From: Anolis carolinensis
Lineage: Eukaryota
Length of the DNA: 64,000 nt
Assembly: GCF_035594765.1 (NCBI RefSeq)
Contig: NC_085841.1
Location: forward strand, 258,312,689 to 258,376,688
Reading direction: 5' to 3'
Part shown: in pieces, positions 36,054 through 47,645 of the stretch
Layout of the letters: the number at the start of each line of letters is the position of its first letter
Position numbering within the stretch: position 1 is the first letter of the stretch
Made by a program: the position numbers and the translations under genes
Notes under the pieces: generated by a model
What the model saw: only the letters and a program-made list of their open reading frames with translations
What the model was told of the DNA's origin: nothing
The model's database searches: none

Positions 36054-36222
36054 AATCATAGAATCATAGAGTTGAAAGAGATCTTGTGGGTCATCCAGTC
36101 CAACCCCCCTGCCAAGAAGCAGGAAAATCACATTCAAAGGACCCCTGACAGATGGCCATCCAGTCTCTGTTTAAAAGCCTCCAAAGAATGCTTTTAAACA
36201 GAGGCTGGATGGCCATCTGTCA
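36054..36222 (-). mobile_element. CR1 3' end with fold-back inverted duplication at its 5' junction
   Basis: (CATAGAAT)n tail; 33-bp arms 36146-36178 and 36190-36222 with one mismatch. Confidence 0.92.
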
Positions 36223-38240
36223 TGATTAGAAAGTTTTAGGTAGTTTCTTGAGTAGCTTAGAAGGACCTAGTACTAAAACTATTCTCATACCAATCTGACA
36301 GTACTTCAAATTAGAGGCGTTCTAAGAACTTCAGGAGAAAATGGTTGAGATAGAGTCAGATTTGTTGCCAGGACCTGTAGTCAGCTTTTCTAAGCCTAGT
36401 CTGAAATGTCATTCATGATAACACTGGTAGACTGTGATGTCACTTCTTTTTCACAAGTGCATAAGAGTCACATCCTGCTAGACTTCAATTGTTTGCACTG
36501 AACGTGCCCTCTCAAAATGACACTGGTAAGATTAGGTGGGTGTTATGACTACTTGCATCTCCAAGGTTTTTAAAATGGTATTGATGATGGGGGATTCTGA
36601 GAATTGTGGTTTCAAAAGCAAATTTGCTAAACTCAGCAAATCTCCATTTATACAGTGGTCCCATTAGAGCATTTCTCAAACAAAAGTGGCCATTTGGGTT
36701 TATATACTTTATCATAGAAAAAATATGCTGACATGTCAAAAACTGAATTTAGATTTGAGTGGTACTCATGATCAATCTGACATGAGAGAATGACAAGAAC
36801 ATGCATAATCAATTCTAAGGATAAATCTGGACCACTCTTGTGAAGCAATCTAGAATTTTTGTTTAGAAGAAGCTGAGCACATGGCATTGAACTAGGCATG
36901 CAAAAGGCAGTCTGCTAGCACTGTGAGCTGAAACTAACTAGAAGAGCTGCTCAGGGCTTAGGTGGGAAGTTGGGTGCTATCTATAGGTCTAGGCAGATTG
37001 TTGAGACAACAACTCTAGATGAGGCATGTGGATTTACATATTCTGGAAGGGTGGGATCATGGTGGCATCATTGCTTTGCTCCATTCCAATAGGCAGGCAT
37101 GGTTTCCAACGGCTGTGCAGGAAAGGAGCAGATGGCTTTTTCAGCTGCCCAGGTGGATGGTGGCAGAGAGAAGGGAGCAGCAAGAGCAGATATTTCATTC
37201 CGTCATACAGACAACTTGAATCTTTAATGTGACTTGTTGATGAACAGTACATCATTTAAATAAATGAACAGGCATCTAAGAAGGCTGAAAACACCAAAAC
37301 AAGGGCAGCTTTGCTTCACGAAAGCAAGTGATTGCTCTCTGTGGGCAGCATTCAGTCAGCCCCCCAGGATTTTGCAAACCATCAAGAGGAATTTCAAAAA
37401 TTCAGAAATGTGCATGCATGTGTGCATGTGCCTGCATTCTTGCCTGTGGGAGTGTAACATTCATGCATGGTTTAAGGAAAACCAGTAGACAGGCCATAGA
37501 CATGGGCACTCAGTGGAAGGCACATGGTGGAAGCAAACAAAAGACAGATAAAACTCCTCTCTGCCTAAACTGACCTGTCTGTTACTAAACAGGCATTCCA
37601 CCCAAGCCCCGCATAGATGCTATTGCCCTTTGGATCTCAACTCTTGGCCAATTTCTTTCTCACTCTCATGTAGAGCTCTCGATCTTTTTTGTTATTGTTG
37701 AAAGCTGTTGCCTTCACAGAGCAATAGAAAAATATGAGCTTCTATGTACTCACTGAAGAAAACGGAGCTACTTCCACAGTCTTGTCCTGTTTCTTGGTCC
37801 CTGTTCCTTCTAGCATGTTGCCTTTTCTTATGTTTGACACTCCTGATGAGCGAGATCAGTCAGGTTTCAGGTGTACTGAAGGTACCTTTATGAGATTAAA
37901 GCCTCAGGATATCTTTCCAGAATTGTTTGTGTAAAAGTAGCATGGAAAGAACCAAGGAAAGGAAACCAAAACATGGCCATTTCCTTCATGGTGAGCAGCA
38001 GGGAATCTGGTAAATGTGAGAAAGAAAACAGAGATGGTACATTTGCACATAGTGTGGAAAAGTAACCCACAAATCACAGTACATGAAACCATGTACCCAC
38101 ATGAGATAAGTACCCACATATCTCATCTTCAAGGATCAAAATGTGTGAAAAGAATATATCTAGTGACATTCAAGCAAAGCTGCTTTCTAAGGAAAGAATT
38201 TACAGACCTTTTTTTTCTTCCCTCCTTCCTCCTTTCTCAT

Positions 38241-38496
38241 AATCATAGAATCATAGAGTTGGAAGAGACCTCGTGGGCCATCCAGGCCAACCTCCTGCCA
38301 AGAAGCAGGAAAATTGCATTCAAAGCACCCCCGACAGATGTCCACCCAGTCTCTGCTTAAAAGCCTCCAAAAAAGGAGACTCCACCACACTCCGGGGCAG
38401 AGAGTTCCACTGCTGAACAGCTCTCATGACTTCCCCTCACATATTTATACATGGCTATCATGTCTCCTCTCCGCCTTCTTTTCTGCAGGCTCAAAC
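38241..38496 (-). mobile_element. CR1 3' fragment with internal deletion
   Basis: Colinear with 26750-27120 but lacks the equivalent of 26936-27051 at junction 38426/38427. Confidence 0.9.
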
Positions 38497-39494
38497 TGAT
38501 CAGTTCCTGAGATTTTTGTTAGGTGAAACATTGCTTCACTCTTGCAGAGATGTATTTGAGATAATTTGCATCAAGTTTATGAATTCATACTGAATATGCA
38601 ATATAAATGAAACACATATTCATCATTTAACATGGATTACTCATCCCATAAAGCATTCAGTTGTACCCACAAGCAGGGCAGTGAAAGAGGGCCTCTTCTC
38701 CCCATTTGGCTGTCTGTCTCTGTCTTTCTTACACACACATGCACACAAACACAAACACGCAGTGCACATCAGGGGGATTCTAGGAAATACAGACCACTGA
38801 TATAGTGGCTGGCTACCCCTGCCACTATAAGCCATGCACTGTGAGCATCTCATAGAAAAATCGTGCAGTGTAGCAACGAGAGCAGCAAACTCCATTCAGA
38901 CCTTGAAGAGGTCTGGACCTGACATGAAATTGAAGTCATTTTTTTAAAGCACAGTTTGACACTGAGTTTTTTCCATTCAAAATCTCACTACATCCCATGG
39001 GAAACAAGATCTGGGCTTGCCTTCCTTCATCAGTTTACATGACCACCACCTGCCTTCAATCCTCCTTCACTGAGAAATCCTAATGAGAGCTGATTTTCCA
39101 CCCTCCACCAAATTGAGAATATTATTCATAATTCAGGCTGGCATTAATTGTAGCCCAGTTCCTCCCCACAAAGTCATATGCAAACATTCAGAGAGCAGGA
39201 GGTGTGCATTCACCAAAGTATCTACTGATAAGGCCACAAAAAGCAGGATGTGGCTCCGTTTCTGCAATGGGAAGAGGAGAAACATACATGAGACTTAATG
39301 AAAAGAAGAAAGAGACACTCTCTAAATCCCTTTGAATTAACATTACATGGCTGTGAAATTGTGACCTGCACTCTCCCAGAAGAAAGCCCTTTAACCATAC
39401 ATACAAAACTGCTTGCCAATTGAAAGCTCTACCTTTGTACCCAGAACAGTGGCCACCACTGGTAGCCATAAAGCCTTTACTATAATCTCTTGGA

Positions 39495-40470
39495 TTATAT
39501 TTCTAGAAGCAAAGATCACTGCAGATGCAGACTGCAGCCAGGAAATCAGAAGACGTTTACTTCTTGGGAGGAGAGCAATGGCCAACTTCAATAAAATAGT
39601 GAAGAGGAAAATAAATACTATATTAAAGGATGCATTTACTATTATCAACTGAGAAACAAAAAGAGTCGATTTATTATATGTCAAGGTTAAAAATTCTTAC
39701 CCTCAACAAAGAATATCTATGAAGAGCAAAAATACAAAGACGCAAAAGACTAGATGGAAGTCAACATCAGATTTTTCTTCTTCTCTTCTTTCTATCTCTT
39801 AATCTTTTTCCCCCCTTTGGATTTGCTACTATCCTATTATTTTATTATTCTCACACTTTACTTGTAATAGAAAAAAATCCCCCCTCCCCCTACCTTTGGT
39901 TTTTTTTTCTTTCCTCCTTGCCCTTTCCCTCCCCATCCCTCTTATTTACCTTTAATAAAAATTATTTAAAAAATAAAAAAATAGTGAAGAGTAGAGACAT
40001 CACACTGGCAATGAAGGTCTACATAGTTAAAGCAATGGTACTCCCTATAGTAATCTATGGTTGCTAGAGCTGGACCATAAGGAAGGCTGAGCAAAGGAAG
40101 ATAGATGCTTTTGAACTCTGGTGCTGGAGAAAAATCCTGAGAGTGCCTTGGACAGCAAGAAGATCCAGTCAGTCGATCCTCCAGGAAATCATGCCCGGCT
40201 GCTCACTGGAGGGAAGGATATTAGATTAAGTAATTTGGCCACATCGTGAGAAGACAGGAAAGCTTGGGAAAGATCATAATGCGGGGGAAAATGGAAGGAA
40301 AAAGGAAGAGAGGCTGACCAAGGGCAGGATGGATGGATGGTATCCTTGAAGTGAATGGCTTGACCTTGAAGGAGCTGCGGGTGGCGACGGCTGACAGGAA
40401 GCTTTGGCGTGGGCTGGTCCATGAGGTCATGAAGAGTTGGAAGCGACTGAACGAATAAACAACAACAACA
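39495..40470 (+). mobile_element. BovB-type RTE LINE 3' part, interrupted
   Basis: KITADADCSQEIRRRLLLGR, later GATGCTTTTGAACTCTGGTGCTGGAGA (DAFELWCWR), tail CGACTGAACGAATAAACAACAAC. Confidence 0.92.
39607..39977 (+). mobile_element. L1-type 3' UTR insertion inside the BovB-type element
   Basis: 14-bp TSD AAAATAGTGAAGAG (39593-39606, 39978-39991), AATAAA plus A-rich tail, TTTT/A cleavage context. Confidence 0.8.
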
Positions 40471-40514
40471 TAATCTCTTGACAATACCAGCTCAATCATC
40501 TGCTATGGGTTTTT

Positions 40515-40617
40515 TGTCAGAGCAAATGCATCAGCTCCCATCTGATCTTGGAAGCTAAGCAAGGTCAGACCGGGATAGTACTGGGATGGGAGACCACCAA
40601 CAAATACCTGGTGCTGT
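40515..40617 (+). pseudogene. 5S rRNA-derived sequence (SINE3 head or 5S pseudogene)
   Basis: TCTGATCTTGGAAGCTAAGCAAGGTCAGACCGGGATAGTACTGGGATGGGAGACCACC...AATACCTGGTGCTGT aligns with vertebrate 5S; many substitutions and a poor 5' end. Confidence 0.8.
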
Positions 40618-41148
40618 GTGATATACCCACATTTTGTCACACCAGAAGTATGTGCTATAGATTATTTCAGTAAGGATCAGTAGTGCATGCTAAATATTTT
40701 TCTGCATTCTCAAGCAGGGAGAGGGATGATTTCCTCAATGTTGGCATGGTTTTCTGTCAAGTTGTGATTTTGAATTGACGGTGGTACTTAATTTGCAACC
40801 CCAGGACACATGAATGCAAACCGCGTTGCTATATTTAGACTTTGAGACACCTTGGGAATTCAGGGGTCGAAAAGAAATGTGGGATATAAATGCTTTAGCA
40901 GAATAAACAAATACATCACCAAGATTGTTTAAAACAGATTAATTTGTTATCTGTAACATACTTTACTGCTGAGTTTACAATAGGCTGCTGAAGAATTACA
41001 ATCGTGCAACATTTATTCATGAATTTTAGTGGAACTAAAAGAAGACAAAATAGATACAAGATTGTGGCAATGTTTCTACGTTTAGTTTGTTTACAGTGAC
41101 TCAAATTGTACACATGCTTAAAAAGGCAAAATGAAATTATCTTTTCTA

Positions 41149-41421
41149 TTTTTTGTGTGTCAGGAGTGACTTGAGAAACTGCAAGTCACTTCTGGTGTGA
41201 GATAATTGGCCATCTGCAAGGACGTTGCCCAGGGGACGCCTGAATGTTTGATGTTTTGCCATCCTTCTCTCATGTCCCTGCATGGGGAGCTGGAGCTGAC
41301 AAAGGGAGCTCATCCGCACTCTCCCTGAGCTGGATTCGAATCTGCAACCTTCAAGTCAGCAACCTTCAAGTCAGCAGTCTGCTGGCACAAGGGTTTAACC
41401 CATTGTGCCACTGGGAGTTCC
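41149..41421 (-). mobile_element. ACASINE2-like SINE
   Basis: Reverse complement of 10260-10530; flanking repeat CTTTTCTA at 41141-41148 and 41425-41432. Confidence 0.88.
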
Positions 41422-41958
41422 TAGCTTTTCTATGATATTGCAAGGGCTGCAGGTGTTGCAGTCCAAAAATATCTAGAAAGCCCCATGGTCCCTTCATTTT
41501 TTCACCTGCACATCTTAATGTTAAATACACATAAGTTTTATTAAGAGCTGAGTAAATAAATGAAAATAAGGCTAGCCTTATGGTTACAGTGATTCTGAAC
41601 AGAGTCTGCCTTTTCTCATCATCATCCCTTCAAAAGCATCTGATATAACAACTACCTCTTAGGACATCTCCACCTGATGCAAAGTAGGAAATAGAGCTTG
41701 AAAGGGGTCCCTATAAACCATGGTTAGACAAAGTGCAGTCTTCCTAAAATTACAGACATTTTCTTCCCTTAACCCTGTAAAGCACCCATAAACACCAGAG
41801 AGAGAGACAGAGAAAATGGACCAAAGGTCAGCCAAAATTGCAGCTAGATATCATGGCACTTCAGATATGCTGGAACCTACTGGTGTGGCCTGTAAGATGG
41901 CTGGAGGGAGGAAAAATGGCTCCTGTCCCCAGTGCATTAGCCCACCCTTGCTATAAAC

Positions 41959-42095
41959 CAGTGATTCCCAAAGTGGGTGCTACGGCCCCCCGGTGGGCGC
42001 TGGAGCGATCCAGGGGAGCGGTGATGGCACCTATTTGGACATGGGGGCGGAGCCAGAGGAGGGGCGGGGGCTCTTCCCAAGTGCCGGAGTGGGTG
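41959..42095 (+). mobile_element. hAT (Charlie-like) left-end fragment, GC/CpG-rich
   Basis: Starts CAGTGATTCCCAAAGTGGG after CTATAAAC; no matching right TIR found. Confidence 0.6.
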
Positions 42096-42877
42096 GGTGG
42101 GATTTGCATGCATAGATGTATGCAAATGTTCTGCTTTGTTGACAATTACCACTCCCCAATTCTCCCCAATTTTTAATCTATATTTCAGCTGATAGACCCC
42201 TAAGAGCAGCTAAGGAATCAAACGGATGGAGTGGGGGGATTGGAAGGTGGCATGTTGCTACTTTGGTTTTATTATTCTTTCTTAAGGAGTATTTAGAGGA
42301 GATATGGGGTTCCTAACCTGCATCTCTAATAGTGTGAGAACACTTCAGATTCAACCATTTTAGTCCCAGAGGATTGACATAGAGTCCTGATTACATTTAA
42401 GTACAATGGCATTTGAAAGGTAAGGCTAACAGCTAACATTTTGCTGTTTTGTTCCTCTGACTGTGTAATTGAAAAGTTAAGCAATATACCAGTATAACAC
42501 CTATGCACAGGTACTATATGGCTGTTTCAAGGCAATAATTCCTGTCTGGGCATTGGAATTAATTTACTTACTAACATCACAGAAGTACTAACCCCTCTCC
42601 CCATGAAGATTTCTTAGCGCGCTAACTCTACACATATAATGGGGTAAGGGAAGATGCAGAGTGGATAGTATGGGGGAAATTACTTGGTGCTTTACTCCTA
42701 CTTGAAGCAATTTACCTCAAATCCCACACAAGTCAACCAAGTGGTGAAATTGACTAGCCGAGTCCCCAAGCAATTTCTCATTTAATTGCAAGAGAAAGTT
42801 TAAAAGTGGTGGTGGAGGGGACGGGGAAGGGGGTAGGGGAAAGAGAAAATGTTCATTTGTGTTGAGAAACAGAAAAC

Positions 42878-44729
42878 TCACAGACTCATAGAATCATAGA
42901 GTTGAAAGAGACCACATGGGCCATCTAGTCCAACCCCCTGCCATGCAGGAAAAGCACAAAGTATCCCTAACAGATAGCCATCCAACCTCCATTTAAAAGT
43001 TTCCAAGGAAAGAGCTTCCAGCACACTCCAAGGCAGAGAGTTCCAGTGTTGAACTGCTTGTACAGTCAGGAAGTTCTTTCTAATGTTCAGGTCGAATCTC
43101 CTTTCCTGTAGTTTGAACCCATTGCTCCTAGTCCTAATTTCAAGGGCAGCAGAAAATAAGCCTGCTCCCTCTTCCTTATGACATCCTTTCATATATTTAT
43201 ACATGGTTATCATGTCTCTTCTCAACCTTCTCTGTTGAAGGCTAAACATACCCAACTCTTTAAGACAATCCTCATAAGGAATGGTCTCCAGACCTTTGAT
43301 TTTAGTTGCCCTCCTCTGGACACCTTCCAGTTTGTCAATATCTTTTTAAAATTGTGGTGCCCAGAATTGGACATAGTATTCCAAGTGAGGTCTAACCAAA
43401 ACAGAATACAAAGGCACCAAAGACACTACACTCCTTTTGATGAAGCCCAAAATTCCATTGGCTTTTTAAGCTGCTGCATCACACTGTTGGCTCATGTTCA
43501 ACTTTTTGTCCATGAGGACTCCAAGATATTTTTCACATGGACTGTTGTTGAGCCAGGCATCCTCCATTCTGTATCTTTATATTTCATTTTTTTTCTGCCT
43601 AAGTGTATCTTACATTTGTCCTTGTTGAAATTCATTTTAATAGTTTTGGCCCAGTTTCTAATCTGTTAAGGTCATTATGAATTCTGATTCTGTCTTCGGG
43701 AGTATTCGTTATCCCTCCTAATTTGGTGTCATCTGCAAACTTGATAAGCATGCCCTCTAAACCTTTATCCAAGTCATTAATAAAGATGTTGAACAGTACT
43801 GGGCCCAGGACACTCTGCAGCACTCCACTAGTCACTTCCTTCCATTGGTGAGCACTCTTTGGGTTCAGTCGCTTAACCAATTACAGATCCAACTAATAGT
43901 AGTATTGCTTAGCCCACATTTTTGACTAGTTTGCTTGCAAGAAGGTCATGGGGGACCTTGTCAAAGGCCTTACCGAAATCAAGATATGCTACATCCACAG
44001 CATTCCCTGCATCCCAAGCTTGTAACTCTATCAAAAAAAGAAATAAGATTAGTCTGGCATGATTTGTTTTTGAGGAATTCATGTTGACTTTTAGTAAACA
44101 CAGCATTCCTTTTTAAGAGATTGCAGACTGCCTCCTTAATAATCTGATCCAGAATTTTTCCTGGTATTGATGTCAGGCTGATTGGACGGTAATTGTTTGG
44201 GTCCTCTTTATTTCCTTCTTGAAGATACGATGCCATATTTGCCCTCTTCCAGTTTGCTGGAACTTCTCCTGTTCTCCAAAAATTCTCAAAGATTATTGCC
44301 AGTGTTTTTGAAATGACTTCTGCTAGTTCCTTCAATATTCTTGGATGTAGTTCATCTGTCCCTGGAAACTTGAATTCATTTAGAGTAGCCAGGTATTTCT
44401 GGACTACTTCTTTAGCTATTTTGGGTTGCATTTCCCCTATTACCTCATCTGCTTCGTATTGCTCAGGTTGAACACTAATCTGCTTTTGGGAAAAGATTGA
44501 GGCAAAGAAAGTGTTGAACAGTTTTGTCTTTTCCCTATCCCATATTAACATTTCACCATCTTCTGTACACAGAGGCCCTACCATTTCGTTTTTCTTCCTT
44601 TTACTACTGACATAACCAAAGAATTCTTTTTTTATTGGTTTTAATCTTTCTGGCAAACTTGAGTTCATTTTATGCCTTAGCCTTATGAACCTTTTTCCTA
44701 CATATGTTGGTTATTTGTTTGAATTCCTG
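42878..44729 (-). mobile_element. CR1 LINE, about 1.85 kb, decayed reverse transcriptase ORF2
   Basis: Frameshifted motifs NYRPISLTSIPGKIL, KSCQTNL, YLDFGKAFDKVPH, SVLGPVLFNIFINDL, KFADDTKLG, RRFDLNIRKNFL; CATAGAAT tail. Confidence 0.96.
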
Positions 44730-47469
44730 TTTAAAGAAAAAATAATTTCTTTTTGGACAAGTCAGAAAATGGCAGATCATTATTGTGAGGGAGTGGATAA
44801 TCTTGCATTACATTATTATTATGTTAAGACAACATGACTGCTGAAGAGGATGTGGATGTGAAACTTGCTTCCATGATTACAGTGTCTGAGGTAACCCTCC
44901 CGGGTAGAAATATTTGTGCCTAAATTCTGCAGTGTAGCAGTCAAGAGATTAGCTGGAGTTATGCCAGATTTATGTCATCTCTCTTCAGGTGCTGCTTGAA
45001 CTTGCTTGATCAGAGGAACTGGTGACCAAGTGGAAGAGAGGGCAAGGAAACTGCAGGTGCCATGAGCAAGGACAGACTTACCACATTGCCTCTGCATTCC
45101 TGATACAATATCCAACACAGTCTAAATGACCTTGACAATATGTCTCAAAGCACATAGAAGTGTGATTATGTAATCAACTCTGAACGGTTACACAAACTTT
45201 GTTGGGGCATATTATTTCTAATGGATTAGATTATCCCAAATGAAATGGCATAATTTTGTGACTACACCTACACACACGCACACACATCAATAAGCAAGGA
45301 AATGTCCTTGGATACTCTTGGAGTGACAGCTTCAATTCCAAAGTATAGTCACTTTGGGAAATTGAACAAAAAGCAACCAATAAACAACTGAAGCATTTTA
45401 AAGATCAACACATTTATTATAGCGGGAGTTTTCATCCATTTTAGCCTGCTTCACTTGAAGTACAGAAGGTTGTCCAAAATTTCAGGTGCATGTACAAGGA
45501 ATAGGTTGCAGTCCATGAATGTTCAATGCCATGATAAAATGTATAAGTTTTTAAGGTGTCCCAAGATTATGGTCTTTTTGTGGTGCAAAATACCAACACA
45601 GCTATCTTCTTTTAAAATTCTCTGTGAGGACCCATTCATCTGACTCACTTCAGCTCTAATCTCATAAAAAGCACTTCAAGTGTTCTTATGGGGCGATAAA
45701 ACTTTTCAAAAAGTTATGTCACTCAGTGCTACACTCCCCGCCCGCCCCACATCTAGTCAATCGTCCAGAGCACGTTCGTGGCACTAGATTTATTATAAAT
45801 TGTTGCTTCTTAAATTATATGATGTGATAGGCTAATAGTGCCCCCCACCATGCCAGGGATTTGCACCATGCCTGGACCCATGGGTTACAACTATTTCTTT
45901 CTATCCTGGAAGCTCATGATGGACTAGCAGCAGATGGCTCATGGATCAGCACTACTTCATAGATCAACACTCTGGGAGTTGTGCCCTAGCCCCTTCTGCC
46001 ATTTCATCATGGGTACTCAGGCATGGAACAGCGTTTTCCACCCGCATGCCTGGCTGCTATTACCGAATGTAATGGCTTGGTAGTTTTGGAACTGGAAGCT
46101 TCAGACTGGGTGACAGATGCCAGAGCCTGCTCTTGCTCCATACGGCAAGCAGTGGAGTGAGTAACAGCAGAAAGAGTTGGTTGCAATGTGCTGTGCCCAG
46201 AGCAGTCTTGCTCAGTATGTGTGTATACACACACATGGTTGTGTGTGTGTACTAATGAGGGGGTAGTATTGTTCACCAAAACCAAAATGTTCCCAAATTG
46301 ATTTTAAATATGTTTTGTACGGGTTTCTAAGGGATAAGACGAAAGGGGGGTGGTGGTGGAGGAGAGACAGTAGGCCAGATTTGAAACATGGTTTGAAGTA
46401 TGGAAACCAAATGGAGAGAATATTTGTTCTTCTGATGCCATTGGCTCTGTCTCAGTGACAGCTGCACCAAAGCCTCCCTCTGTAGCCTTTAGCACAAAGA
46501 CCTTGCAAACTATCTGAGAGAGAGAAAGTAGAATAGGGATGAGAAGAACAAACAGACTTGTGTTTGGTTTTGCTCTCTCACACACTCTTTCTTCTTCAAG
46601 GCAAAAATAGTGTCTCATCTAGTTAATTACACTGGGTTTTAGTGTGAAAGGACATAATGTTGATGGCAGAATAAGTAATTCAATGCTGTGAAGAATAGAA
46701 AAGAGCCATCAAGAAAGAGTTAAGAATAACACTTCTAAGGGAATCACCTGCCTTTGTAATTCTGCTTGATATTAGGAGCAAGTGACCTGATGGTAAAAAC
46801 CCATGCTCAAGGAGCTGAATGTTTATATCCGTTTTCACATTTTCACAGTCTGGTAGATATTGGTACTCAGATTTCACAGGTGAGGAAAGCTGCACAAGTT
46901 ATGGTATGGCACAACATGAAGTGAGTCTTAGAATTGAAATTCCAGGTAGAAATTATCATCCTGATTTTGGGGTGGTCTACAAGGATTTTTACAACAGTGC
47001 TGCAAATAATGATAATGTTCATTCCTGCTTTCAAACTATTAAGGATCAGATAGTACTCATAAGGATGTGCCCATCACTGGATCTGTCAACTTCTTTTTCC
47101 AAGTGTAACACCAACACTAAGTTACATGGAGATGGTGACAAATTCTGTAACTCGGAATAAATGACTTTATAGATGTGGAAAGTGTTTTAACTTTGTTGTG
47201 CCCTGTCTTAAGCCATGAGGAGAGAGGCGGGTAAGAAATAAAATTATTAATTATTATTATTATTATTCAAAATTTTTTTGGGATTTTGCAAAATCCTTAG
47301 CTGCAGACTTTGAAAAAATACATATGGCTATAAATGTATAAATGGGTTCTAGATCTAGTCAAATCTCAACGCTCCCAAGAAGTCAACATTACTAAACCGG
47401 GATTGTCGTATTTTGAACATATTATAGAAGATATGACTAATAGAAAAGACAATAATGCTTGCTTATTTT

Positions 47470-47590
47470 ATGATATTTATATTTATCATATTTATTATTG
47501 ATATATTTGGTCTGTTGTTTGTATGATTTTAAGAAGTTGTAAGCTGCTTTGTGTCCTGTGAGGGAGAAAAGCAGAGTATAAATAAAGATA

Positions 47591-47645
<55 letters not shown>
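47470..47645 (+). mobile_element. L2-type tail ending in about (ATT)18
   Basis: TGTAAGCTGCTTTGTGTCCTGTGAGGGAGAAAAGCAGAGTATAAATAAA then (ATT)n. Confidence 0.7.

Noticed and set aside
40515-40617. Functional 5S rRNA gene
   Set aside because: Many substitutions, decayed 5' end, no T-run terminator and no tandem array.
42878-44729. Active reverse transcriptase gene
   Set aside because: Multiple frameshifts, no endonuclease domain and 5' truncation.
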